Below are positions 53,198-62,626 of a stretch of DNA of 64,000 nucleotides, one piece after another. A program made the translations under genes and the position numbers. Source of the stretch: an uncultured delta proteobacterium (lineage in GTDB: Bacteria; Desulfobacterota; Binatia; Binatales; Binataceae); assembly GCA_963711565.1 (NCBI GenBank), contig CAVQEQ010000001.1, positions 672,001 to 736,000 of the forward strand, read 5' to 3'. Each line of letters opens with the position of its first letter. Positions within the stretch are counted from its first letter, which is position 1. The notes below the pieces were generated by a model. That model ran no database searches, was not told the origin of the DNA, and was given only the letters and a program-made list of their open reading frames with translations.

Positions 53198-54631
53198 ATG
53201 TTTGCCGACGAGTGCAGAAAACAGAAGTTGCTCTTCGCGATCGCCGATGTCTGTGCGCTGGTGCTCGCCGTTGCGGGCGCATTGACCCTGCACGACCCGG
53301 ACGGCGCCATCCTGGCGCATCTCGAAAGCATCGATCCGATGCGGCTGGCCGAAGGCGGCGTCCTGGCGGCGCTACTGTGGGTCGGCGTCTTCCGAACTTT
53401 CGATCTGTTCACCATGCGCAACGGCAGCCGCAAGGAAATGATCGCGATCGTCAAGGCGTGCTCGGCCGCGGCCGGCCTGATGCTGCTCGCCAGCTACGCG
53501 GCGCACGTTCAAATCTCGCGCGTTAGCGTCGCCAGCTTTTACGCCTTCAGCATCGTCGCCGAATTGGCGCTGCGCGGGGGCTTGCGCAATCTCATTCAGC
53601 AATTCTATTCGAGCCCGCGAATTTCGATCCCGCTCGTGATCATCGGCTTCAACCCCGTCGCTCGGCACCTTTGCGACAGCATTCAGGAAGAACTGACGCA
53701 GTATGAATTTCTCGGCTTCCTTGACGCTGATTCCGTCGGCCACGAGTACCGCGGCTATCCGGTGCTCGGACACCCCGATCTGTTGCCGGGCCTCATTCGC
53801 GTTCATCCGTGCCTCGAGGCTGCCATCGCCATCCCTGACGCCCCGCTCGCCGATCAGGCGCGCATGGTCGAGCTATGCGAAAAATCGCGGCTGCATTGGT
53901 GGGTCGTGCCGTGGGTCTATCGATCCGCGCCGACCGGTCTCCGCGTCGACACCGTCGGTCTGATTCCGCTGGTCGGGCGCCGCGGCTCGAACGTCGAGGG
54001 CCTGAACTACCTGGTGAAGCGCACCTTCAACGTCGTATGCGCCTCGCTCATTTTGGTTTTTGCCGCGCCTGTGATCGCATTCGCCGCTCTCGCGATTTTA
54101 ATTCTCGACGGCAGACCGATCTTCTTCCGGCAGGATCGAATCGGCGTACAAGGCCGGCGATTTGAAATGTTGAAACTGCGCACGATGAAAACCTGCGCCG
54201 CCGACCTCGTCCATCGCCAATACGTGCGGCGTTGGATCTCCAACGGTCACAGTGCCGGCGCCAACGGCAACGGCGCCAAGGTCTTCAAGCTCTGCAACGA
54301 TTCGCGCGTCACCGGCGTCGGCAGAATTCTGCGCCGCTTCAGCATCGATGAACTGCCCCAGATCCTCAACGTGGTGCGCGGCGACATGAGCCTCATCGGC
54401 CCGCGTCCCGCCCTGCCCTACGAGCTCGAGCACTATCAGGACTGGCATCGCCGCCGCCTTGAAGGGATGCCGGGAATCACCGGTTTGTGGCAGGTCAGCG
54501 GACGCAACCGGGTTTCATTCGACGAGATGGTCAAGCTCAACGTCCAGTACCTCGAAGATTGGTCGCTGAGCACCGACATCGGAATTCTTTTTCGCACCAT
54601 CCCGGTTCTGCTTCGCGGAGAAGGACGGTGA
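53198..54631 (+). CDS. Priming undecaprenyl-phosphate sugar phosphotransferase (WbaP/WcaJ-like)
   Basis: N-terminal TMs; FRQDRIG, KLRTM, D.RVT..GR.LRRFSIDELPQ.LNV.RGDMSLIGPRP, PGITGLWQVSGR. Confidence 0.93.
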   Translation: MFADECRKQKLLFAIADVCALVLAVAGALTLHDPDGAILAHLESIDPMRLAEGGVLAALLWVGVFRTFDLFTMRNGSRKEMIAIVKACSAAAGLMLLASYAAHVQISRVSVASFYAFSIVAELALRGGLRNLIQQFYSSPRISIPLVIIGFNPVARHLCDSIQEELTQYEFLGFLDADSVGHEYRGYPVLGHPDLLPGLIRVHPCLEAAIAIPDAPLADQARMVELCEKSRLHWWVVPWVYRSAPTGLRVDTVGLIPLVGRRGSNVEGLNYLVKRTFNVVCASLILVFAAPVIAFAALAILILDGRPIFFRQDRIGVQGRRFEMLKLRTMKTCAADLVHRQYVRRWISNGHSAGANGNGAKVFKLCNDSRVTGVGRILRRFSIDELPQILNVVRGDMSLIGPRPALPYELEHYQDWHRRRLEGMPGITGLWQVSGRNRVSFDEMVKLNVQYLEDWSLSTDIGILFRTIPVLLRGEGR

Positions 54632-56148
54632 ACGATCGCGTGCCTGTGACCGGCGATAGTCGCGAGCACGCCGAGCGCAACCGCTGGTTGTGGAATGCGT
54701 TCGCGCGCTCGGTTCGCGACAATATGGTCGCGGAGTTCGTCGTGCAGGCGCTGCGAGTCGGCGGGATGGTCGTGCTCGCGCGCGCGCTTTCGCCGCATGA
54801 TTTCGGCCTGTTCAAGGTTCTCGTCGTCGTCTCGACCTTCGCGATGCTGATCAACGAGGCCGGCATACCCGACGCGCTGATTCAGCGCCGCGATCTGAGC
54901 CCCGCGCATCATTCGACCGCGTTGTGGATGAGCCTCGCGCTCGCGCTGCTGACCTGCGGCCTGCTCTACGGCGGCGCGCCCGCGCTTGCGCATCTCATGA
55001 AGATGCCGGAACTGCGCCAGGGCATGCGCCTGCTCTGCATTCCTTTTCTTCTGGAGGGCGCTGCAGTCACGGCGAACGCGCGGCTGCGTCGCGACCTGCG
55101 CTTCACTGCGCTCGCGGCCGCCGACGTACTCGCCGAGTTCGCGTTTCTTGGCGTCGCGCTCGTGTTGCTCTGGGATCGGTTACCGGCATGGAGCCTGGCC
55201 GGCGGTCTCGCCGCGCGCTTTGCCGTTCACGCGATTACCGTCCTGTTTGCCGGCGGCAGAACACCGCTTGGACTTCCGACTGCCGCCGCTGCGCGCGACT
55301 TGGGCCGGTTTGCGACCAAGGTTCTCGGCGGACGAACCGTCGATGCGCTCTCGTCCAACGTGGATTTCCTGCTTATCGGCCGGCTGCTCGGGAGTTCAGC
55401 GCTGGGCTTTTATTCGATGGCGTGGGACCTGCTCCGATTCGTCCCGGACCGCGTCTTCCGAATCGCGGGCCGCGTCACGCTCCCGACTTTTTGCCATTTG
55501 CAGGATCAGACCGATCAGCTCGCGCGCGCGTACCTGAATTTCTGCAGCTATCTCTCGCGGATCATTTTGCCGATCGTTCTTTGTGCCGCGATCGCCGCTC
55601 CTGAACTGATCACGATCATCTACGGCCCCAAATGGCGCCCCGCCGCGGTGCCGATGCAATTGCTCGCGTGTGGACTGCTGCTGGTCGGGCTGCGTCTCGC
55701 TATCGGCTCCGTCTATTATGCAAAAAATCATCCCGAGTTCGACTTCTACGTTCATAGCACCCGCCTCGTGCTCGTCGTCGTAACCATTTTCGGCCTCGCG
55801 CACACAGGCTTGATCGGCGTGAGCATGGGCAGAAGCGCGGTCGAGGTCGTCATGAGCATCGCGGGTCAGTGGCTGGCATGCCTGGTGCTCGGCATCGGAC
55901 TTACCGATCTCGTCGTGGCAATTTTGCCCGGCGCCGGACTGGCGCTGATGTGCGCACTTGCCGTCACTGCCGGGAAGATCACCGCGAGCGCACTCGGTAC
56001 GTCGGGAGTCGCGACTTTGCTGCTCATCATGATGCCGCCCGCGATCGTCTATTGCTGGCGCGAATCGTCAACCGCGATGCGAATGTTCGCGGACACGTTC
56101 GGCCGCGGCGAAGGTGCGCCGATCACCGTCGCCCAGGAGCTTCAATGA
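54628..56148 (+). CDS. wzx: Wzx flippase (PST family)
   Basis: GTG 54628; LARALSPHDFGL, ALIQRR, NVDFLLIGRLLG...LGFY; about 12 TMs. Confidence 0.88.
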   Translation: MNDRVPVTGDSREHAERNRWLWNAFARSVRDNMVAEFVVQALRVGGMVVLARALSPHDFGLFKVLVVVSTFAMLINEAGIPDALIQRRDLSPAHHSTALWMSLALALLTCGLLYGGAPALAHLMKMPELRQGMRLLCIPFLLEGAAVTANARLRRDLRFTALAAADVLAEFAFLGVALVLLWDRLPAWSLAGGLAARFAVHAITVLFAGGRTPLGLPTAAAARDLGRFATKVLGGRTVDALSSNVDFLLIGRLLGSSALGFYSMAWDLLRFVPDRVFRIAGRVTLPTFCHLQDQTDQLARAYLNFCSYLSRIILPIVLCAAIAAPELITIIYGPKWRPAAVPMQLLACGLLLVGLRLAIGSVYYAKNHPEFDFYVHSTRLVLVVVTIFGLAHTGLIGVSMGRSAVEVVMSIAGQWLACLVLGIGLTDLVVAILPGAGLALMCALAVTAGKITASALGTSGVATLLLIMMPPAIVYCWRESSTAMRMFADTFGRGEGAPITVAQELQ

Positions 56149-57203
56149 ATCAGACTGCAACGGTTCGCGAGATATCCGTCGAGCCTGAGTTGCGGATTCT
56201 GCCGCTCGATCGGGTCCGCGCCGCGTGGGAAGATCTCGCCGCCTCGCATCCCGCGGCGACTCTCTATCATCGCCGGCCGTGGCTCGAAGTTTTGCGGCGC
56301 GCCTTCGGCGTCGATCCCTCCGTCGCGATCATCGGCGAATACAAATCGACGCTTGCCGCCTGCCTCCTCGCACCGGGCGGCAATCCGCTTCGCCGCAGTC
56401 TCATCTCGCTGCCATTCTCCGATTTTTGCCCGCCCCTTGCGGTCGACGACTCCGCGCTCGATTCGTTGATGTCCGGCTTGTCGGGCCTTGCCGCGCAATC
56501 CAGGCTCGAGATTCGCGGCGTCGCCGCATCCGATCCGTGGCACGTCCTGGATCACTTCCAGCGCTGGACGCTCGATTTGTCGCGCCCCTTCCAGGCTATA
56601 GAGCGCGCTGCCGATCGCGAGGTGAGACGCCACCTCCGACGCGCCTGCACGGCTGGGGTCACGGTCGAGTGCTCGCGCAGCGTCAACGCGATCGAAACTT
56701 TCTTTCGGCTCCAGCTCGAAAGCCGGCGCCGTCTCGGAGTCCCGTCACAACCGCTTAACTTTTTCAGACTCGTGCACCAAGTATTCGCGAAACTGGATTC
56801 CATCGAGGTGTGGTTTGCATCGCACCTGGGCAAACCCATCGCCGCCGTTGTCGTCTTGCGCGACGGCGACGACTTGCACGCGAAATGGTCCGCGCGCGTC
56901 GCCGGCAGCCCTGACGGCGCCAGCCATTCGATCTTCATGTCTATCGTCGAGCAGCACGCTCAGCGCGCCTGCTCACTCGACTTCGGCCGTACCGACAGCC
57001 GCAACCGCGGTCTCTCGCGATTCAAGCGCGAGCTTGGCGCTGCGCCTGCCGAGATGCCCTATAGCTATTTTCCGCAGATGCCGAGCGTTACCAGCGCCGA
57101 AAATCTGACCGGTGTGTGGCGGACCGCTTCCCGCGCGTGGCGACATCTGCCTCTGCCGATCGCTCGAGTCCTCAGCGACGTGACCTACAGGTACCTCGCA
57201 TGA
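56145..57203 (+). CDS. GNAT/FemAB-like protein (EPS acylation candidate)
   Basis: ATLYHRRPW, LISLPFSDFC, LDFGRTD..N.GL.RFK..LGA. Confidence 0.85.
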   Translation: MNQTATVREISVEPELRILPLDRVRAAWEDLAASHPAATLYHRRPWLEVLRRAFGVDPSVAIIGEYKSTLAACLLAPGGNPLRRSLISLPFSDFCPPLAVDDSALDSLMSGLSGLAAQSRLEIRGVAASDPWHVLDHFQRWTLDLSRPFQAIERAADREVRRHLRRACTAGVTVECSRSVNAIETFFRLQLESRRRLGVPSQPLNFFRLVHQVFAKLDSIEVWFASHLGKPIAAVVVLRDGDDLHAKWSARVAGSPDGASHSIFMSIVEQHAQRACSLDFGRTDSRNRGLSRFKRELGAAPAEMPYSYFPQMPSVTSAENLTGVWRTASRAWRHLPLPIARVLSDVTYRYLA

Positions 57204-58054
57204 CCAAGTACATCGCAATCACGCCGGCGCGGGACGAGGAAAAATTCCTGCCGCTGCTGATCGGCTCGATGGCGGCGCAGAATTTGAAGCCCGACCGTTG
57301 GATAATAATCGACGACGGTTCCGTTGACGCTACCGCCGCGATTCTCGACGAAGCCGCCCGCACCTATTCGTGGATCGAACCTCATCATCTGCCGCGTAAC
57401 CGTCCGCGCGCTCCCGGCGGCGAGTGTGTAACCAGCCAGTTCCTGCCGCACGCAGCTTGCCAGGAGTACGACTACGTCGTGAGGCTCGACGCGGACGTCA
57501 GCTTCGAAGACGGTTTCATCGATCTTCTGCTCGAGGAATTCGCGCGCGACCCGAAGCTCGGGATCGCCAGCCCAACCCTGTACGAGCCCAAGGGCGCGGA
57601 TTGGGTTGAAATTCGACAGCCCGAGTACCACACGCGCGGCCCGGCAAAGATGTACTCACTGGCGTGCTTCAACGCGATCGGTGAACTCGATTCCGATGTT
57701 GGATGGGACACGCTGGACGAAGCGCGCGCGATGATGCTCGGCTTTCGCACGCGCGCTTTCCGCCGTATCACCGCCCGGCATCTTCGCCCGCAGGGCGAGG
57801 CGTCGGGATGGAAGGCGCGGATGATGGCGGGGCTGGCGGCGTACAGAGTCGGTTATTCCCCGCTGTTCATGATCGCCCGCGCGGCGCGTCATACGTTTTC
57901 GACACCGTTCCCGTTTTCGGGCGCGTTGATGCTCGCCGGCTTTCTCAACGGTTACATTCGCGGCGAACCGCGCTGCGCAGAGCCCGAATTAGTACGATTC
58001 ATCCGCCGGCATCAGCACCGCAGGCTGTTCTTGCAGGAGTCGCTATGGCGCTGA
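57200..58054 (+). CDS. Glycosyltransferase family 2
   Basis: ITPARDEE, WIIIDDGSVD, LDAD, GWDTLDE. Confidence 0.9.
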   Translation: MTKYIAITPARDEEKFLPLLIGSMAAQNLKPDRWIIIDDGSVDATAAILDEAARTYSWIEPHHLPRNRPRAPGGECVTSQFLPHAACQEYDYVVRLDADVSFEDGFIDLLLEEFARDPKLGIASPTLYEPKGADWVEIRQPEYHTRGPAKMYSLACFNAIGELDSDVGWDTLDEARAMMLGFRTRAFRRITARHLRPQGEASGWKARMMAGLAAYRVGYSPLFMIARAARHTFSTPFPFSGALMLAGFLNGYIRGEPRCAEPELVRFIRRHQHRRLFLQESLWR

Positions 58055-59268
58055 GCGCTGTAATCGAAGCCGATCGCGTATCCTCCGCGCTATGCGACCA
58101 GCCCCCTTCGGGCGCCGGTCACAACGACGCGTTTTCTTTTTGGAAACTTCCTCATGATTGGAAGTCCGCGCTCGAATCGACGATTGCCGAGTCCAAAGCC
58201 GTCGCCGAGTACTATTTGTTTGAAGAATACCTGGCGCGCGAAGATCGCCGGCCGCCCTCCAGGATGCAGGCTTACTACCGGATCAAAAATCTGATTCCCG
58301 CTGTCCTGCGGCATCGCCTCAACTCCGCGGCAGTCAGGATGCGCGGGCGGCGCGACTTCCCGCACTGGCCGTTTGAAACCGCACTCACTGACTATTGGCG
58401 GGATTGGATGCAGCTCAGCCTGCGCAGCGTGAACGCGACCGACGGCTGGCACATCGGATTTTGGCCCAACGGATTGAAATGCTGCATCGTGCTTACTCAC
58501 GACGTCGAGGGTCCGCTCGGGATGAGCCGGATGGAGCGGATGGCGGATCTCGAAGAACGTTACAATTTCCGATCGGCCTGGAATCTGCCGTTGTCCCAGT
58601 ACGAGATCGATTGGAAGCTGATCGATCGGCTCCGTCTGCGCGGCTTCGAATTCGGCGCGCATGGACTTTGTCACGACGGCCGTCTGTTCCGCAGCGAGAG
58701 CGACTTCAGCGCGCTGGCGCCGATCCTTCAGGAGCTCGCGCACTCCCATGGTCTAAGCGGCTTCCGCGCGCCTTCGACGCTGCGGCGCGCCGAATGGATC
58801 GGCAAACTCTCCTTCGACTTCGATTGCAGCTTCTCGGATTCGGATCCCTACGAGCCGCAACCGGGCGGGACCTGCAGCGTGTTTCCTTTTTTCCTCGCAA
58901 ACCTGGTCGAGCTGCCTTACACGATGCCGCAGGATCACACGCTGATTCATCTGCTGCGCCGGAGTCCCACACAGATTTGGGCGCCCAAGGCACGATGGAT
59001 CGAATCGCTCGGCGGGATGATTCTTACGCTCGTTCATCCCGATTATTGCGGGTCGGGGCGCAATCTCAAGGAATACGAAACTCTCCTCAAACAACTGAGC
59101 GAGTTTGAGTCCGCGTGGCGCGCGCTGCCTTCTGAGGTTTCCTCGTGGTGGCGTCGCCGGGATCAAATGAAGCTGACCGTCAACGGCGACGGCACGCCGT
59201 CGATCGAAGGACCCGGATCCGAGCGCGCGGTTGCGCGGATGCTCTCGAGCGAGCCGTTGGCGCGTTGA
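58045..59268 (+). CDS. Polysaccharide deacetylase-like protein (NodB/CE4 fold)
   Basis: VLTHDVE, EFGAHGLCHDG, GFRAPS, ELPYTMPQD, LVHPDY. Confidence 0.85.
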   Translation: MALSAVIEADRVSSALCDQPPSGAGHNDAFSFWKLPHDWKSALESTIAESKAVAEYYLFEEYLAREDRRPPSRMQAYYRIKNLIPAVLRHRLNSAAVRMRGRRDFPHWPFETALTDYWRDWMQLSLRSVNATDGWHIGFWPNGLKCCIVLTHDVEGPLGMSRMERMADLEERYNFRSAWNLPLSQYEIDWKLIDRLRLRGFEFGAHGLCHDGRLFRSESDFSALAPILQELAHSHGLSGFRAPSTLRRAEWIGKLSFDFDCSFSDSDPYEPQPGGTCSVFPFFLANLVELPYTMPQDHTLIHLLRRSPTQIWAPKARWIESLGGMILTLVHPDYCGSGRNLKEYETLLKQLSEFESAWRALPSEVSSWWRRRDQMKLTVNGDGTPSIEGPGSERAVARMLSSEPLAR

Positions 59269-59269
59269 G

Positions 59270-60484
59270 GTGAATGCTGTGGCGCGTTTTTTGATGATTG
59301 CCTACACGACCTACATGCACGACGGCCGGGTCAAGCGGCATGCCGAGGCGTTGGCCGAGCGCGGCGATCATGTTGACGTGATTTGCCTCGCCACCGACGA
59401 GCAGCCAATCACGAACGGCGTCAACGTGATCGGCCTGCCGATGCCGCGCTATCGTGGCGAGAGTAAATCCGCGTATCTCAGGAGCTACACCCGGTTCTTT
59501 GCTATGGCGGCGCGGCGCGCAGCGCGGATGTCGATGAAGCTGCGCTACAACGTCGTGATCGTCTGCACGATGCCCGACGCGGTCATCGTCTGCGCGATTC
59601 TGCCCAAGCTCCTCGGCAGCAAAGTCGTGCTCGACGTGCACGACACAATGCCGGAACTGTACCGCGACAAGTTTGGCGGTGCGCGCGGCGCGGCCGGCGC
59701 GAAATTGCTGATGCTCGAGGAGCGAGTCAGCTCGTGGTGGGCGGATCGCGTCCTCGCCGTGCACGATCTCCATCGCGACCGCCTGCAACAGGCCGGCGTG
59801 CCCGCCGACAAGATCCATGTCGTGATGAATTCGCCGGACACGCGAATCTTCGACCGGCACAAAAACGGCGACTCGCCGCCCAATCAGTTCACCTTGATTT
59901 GTCACGGCACCGTGACTCAGCGGCTCGGCCTCGACCTCGCCATCTCCGCGGTCGCGGCGCTGCGTTCGGAAATCCCCGAGTTGCGGCTCGAGGTTATTGG
60001 CGAGGGCGATCGGCTTGCGGAATCGCGCGCGCTCGTCGATCGATTGGGACTCGGCAACCAGGTCTCTTTCATGGACCTTGTGCCGGTGGAAAAACTCCCG
60101 CCGCTGCTGGTCAAGGCGGACGTCGGACTGGTTCCATACCGGCCGAGCTCCGCGACGCATCTGATGTTGCCGGTGAAGCTGCTCGACTACGCGACGCTCA
60201 GCATCCCGGTGATCGCCGCGCGCCTGCGAACCGTCGAATACTACTTCGGCGACGGCGCGGTTGAATTGTTCGAACCCGGCGACGTCGCCGACCTGGCGCG
60301 TGCGATCAGGCTGCTCTACAACAATCCGGATTTGCGCGCGCGGCTGGTGGAGCGATCGCGCCACGCACTGGACGCGCTGAACTGGCAAACCCAGAGAAGC
60401 GAATACTACCGAGCAATCGACTCGTTGGTTGCGGAGAGATTGTCACAGGAGAATTTCGATGGACGTGAAAGAACGCCCGAATGA
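59270..60484 (+). CDS. Glycosyltransferase family 4
   Basis: DGRVKRHAEAL, DVHDTMPEL, HGTV..RLG, ADVGLVP, PVKLLDY. Start GTG 59270 or 59279. Confidence 0.9.
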   Translation: MNAVARFLMIAYTTYMHDGRVKRHAEALAERGDHVDVICLATDEQPITNGVNVIGLPMPRYRGESKSAYLRSYTRFFAMAARRAARMSMKLRYNVVIVCTMPDAVIVCAILPKLLGSKVVLDVHDTMPELYRDKFGGARGAAGAKLLMLEERVSSWWADRVLAVHDLHRDRLQQAGVPADKIHVVMNSPDTRIFDRHKNGDSPPNQFTLICHGTVTQRLGLDLAISAVAALRSEIPELRLEVIGEGDRLAESRALVDRLGLGNQVSFMDLVPVEKLPPLLVKADVGLVPYRPSSATHLMLPVKLLDYATLSIPVIAARLRTVEYYFGDGAVELFEPGDVADLARAIRLLYNNPDLRARLVERSRHALDALNWQTQRSEYYRAIDSLVAERLSQENFDGRERTPE

Positions 60485-61244
60485 CAAGCCGTCCCTACGG
60501 ACCCTCGTGGTCGGACTCGGCGAGGTCGGCGCGGCGCTGGCGGCAATCCTGGACCGCACGGAACCTGTGCTCCGCCACGACCTCGATCGCGTGAAGATTT
60601 CCGAACCAATCGGGACGATGCACCTGTGCGTCCCGTTTCAGTCGCGCCATCAGTTCGAAACCGTCGCGCTCGGATACATAGAACGCTTCCAGCCGTCGCT
60701 GACCATCATCAACAGCACGGTGTTGCCCGGAACCACCCGCTCCATCGCGCAGAAGAGCGGGAGCGCGGTCGCGTACAGCCCGGTTCGGGGCAAGCACGTC
60801 CGCATGCAGCGAGACCTGATGCGATATCGCAAGTATGTCGCCGCACCCGATCCTGAGGCCGCCGCCGGCGCCGAAGAACATTTTCGGGCGGCCGGCATGG
60901 AGACTCAGCGGATGACCGAAGTCGAGTCGCTCGAGCTCGCGAAACTCGCCGAGACCACTTACTTCGGCGTCTGCATTGCTTTCGCGCAGGAAATCAATCG
61001 GTATGCCGAGTGCGTCGGCGCGGACTATTCGGAGACGATCGGGTTTTTCGACGAAGTCGATTTCCTGCCGCGCCAGCGTTACTTCCCCGGCTTCATCGGC
61101 GGCCATTGCGTGATCCCCAACATCAAACTGCTCCTCGAGCTCGCGCCATCGGCGGCGCTGGAAGCAATCCTGGATTCCAATGAACGACGTGCACATGAAC
61201 TTGAATCGCGACCCGGCGCCACTTCCGCGACCCTCTCCGAGTGA
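60459..61244 (+). CDS. Short UDP-glucose/GDP-mannose dehydrogenase family protein (no C-terminal domain)
   Basis: VVGLGEVG, CVP, INSTVLPGTT, YSP, ELAKLAETTY, PGFIGGHCV. ATG 60459 after AGGAG. Confidence 0.8.
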   Translation: MDVKERPNDKPSLRTLVVGLGEVGAALAAILDRTEPVLRHDLDRVKISEPIGTMHLCVPFQSRHQFETVALGYIERFQPSLTIINSTVLPGTTRSIAQKSGSAVAYSPVRGKHVRMQRDLMRYRKYVAAPDPEAAAGAEEHFRAAGMETQRMTEVESLELAKLAETTYFGVCIAFAQEINRYAECVGADYSETIGFFDEVDFLPRQRYFPGFIGGHCVIPNIKLLLELAPSAALEAILDSNERRAHELESRPGATSATLSE

Positions 61245-62616
61245 CGCGAGCCCGACCAGGCCAAGATGCCGGCTGATCGGTAACAGCCCGGAGTTCCCGC
61301 TCGCCGCCGGACGAGTCGCGCGCCTGCGCGGTCTTGGCGTTGAGCTCTGCCTCCCGGATTGCGCCGCGCTCCCTTCCGGGTTTGCGGCGCGCAATCAGCT
61401 GATCGCGGTCAACTTCGACCTGTTGTCGCGTCTCGACCCCGCCACGAAAACCCGTCTGCGCCAAGCCGCCGAAAGCGGCGCGACGATCTATATGCGAGGT
61501 GGTCTGGAGCACGGCCGCGTGTATTCATTGCGGCCGTTCTCGGATCAGCGATTCGAATTCTCAATCAAGCCCGCCGACGGTTATCAATTCTCTACTCATC
61601 CGATTCTTCCCGCGGCAATCGCGGGTGAACGAGTCGCCGGCCGCCTGGACATGCCGCATGCAGCCGGTCTGGAAGATCCGGCCCGCCCGATATTATCGAG
61701 CGTAGATCGTTTCGGACCCGCCAGGCCGTCGATTTTTGCGATTGAAATTGGCGCCGGTATCGCGATTTTCGATCTTCACGCCGACCACGAGGTCGAAGAC
61801 CTGGAGTTGCTGGCAGATCTCGCGGCGCCATCGAGACGAGCTGCCACCGTTGGGGCGCTTGCGGCAGTTGATCGGGCAGCCGGCCGCAACGTGGCGATTC
61901 AGCCGGCGGTCAATCTGGTGATCGACGATCGTCCCGTCAACTACGACTACTTCAACGCCGGCAAGCTCGACGGGTTCCTGCGACATCTCGAGGCTCAATG
62001 TCCGGGCATCCACACCGACTTCGCCTGGACGCCGATCCACACGCGTCCGCATCGCCGTTATCTCGAAGTGCTGAGCCGATACAACACGGGCTTTGTGTGG
62101 CACGGATTCCTTCGCCACATCGACCATCGCACCATCACGGATTTCGAATCCCACCTGAGCGCTGGCCGTGCATGCGTTAACGAGATCTCGCGCGAGTATG
62201 GCGTTCGCATTCAACCGGTGATGATTTTTCCCTTCGAGAAGGACACGGCGCGCGCCGAGGAACTCCTGCGCCGTGCAGGGTTCGTCGCCAAGGTGCAGTC
62301 GGCCGGCGGCTTTCCCCCGCCGGCTTACTACCGTCTGCGTGACGTCGCGGAGGAGCCGCCGCTCGATGATTCGTTCAGCGTGGTTTTTCGCGAGTCAATC
62401 GACCTGCTGAGCCGCGATCGAATGCTCGCGATGGCGACATTGGGAATGCCCATCATCGCGCTGGCCCATCCGCGCGATCTCGCACTGCGCCGGTTTTGCG
62501 GGCGCGATCGCGCCGCGATGTCGTACTTCGATTCTGTTCTCCGATTCGCAGCTGACAAGTCGCTGAGACCGAAATCGCTTGAGTCGATCGCGGCGGAAGT
62601 TCCCACTGCCCGCTAA
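61180..62616 (+). CDS. Hypothetical protein with a possible deacetylase-like C-terminal domain
   Basis: Long ORF in operon orientation; LVIDD, WHGFLRHIDH, IFPFE and AHP resemble CE4-fold motifs. Confidence 0.65.
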   Translation: MNDVHMNLNRDPAPLPRPSPSDASPTRPRCRLIGNSPEFPLAAGRVARLRGLGVELCLPDCAALPSGFAARNQLIAVNFDLLSRLDPATKTRLRQAAESGATIYMRGGLEHGRVYSLRPFSDQRFEFSIKPADGYQFSTHPILPAAIAGERVAGRLDMPHAAGLEDPARPILSSVDRFGPARPSIFAIEIGAGIAIFDLHADHEVEDLELLADLAAPSRRAATVGALAAVDRAAGRNVAIQPAVNLVIDDRPVNYDYFNAGKLDGFLRHLEAQCPGIHTDFAWTPIHTRPHRRYLEVLSRYNTGFVWHGFLRHIDHRTITDFESHLSAGRACVNEISREYGVRIQPVMIFPFEKDTARAEELLRRAGFVAKVQSAGGFPPPAYYRLRDVAEEPPLDDSFSVVFRESIDLLSRDRMLAMATLGMPIIALAHPRDLALRRFCGRDRAAMSYFDSVLRFAADKSLRPKSLESIAAEVPTAR

Positions 62617-62626
62617 TCTCGGTTAA

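Noticed and set aside
59180-60388. 402-aa minus-strand ORF, and similar long antisense ORFs over treY and treZ
   Set aside because: Shadows of well-supported plus-strand genes in high-GC DNA.
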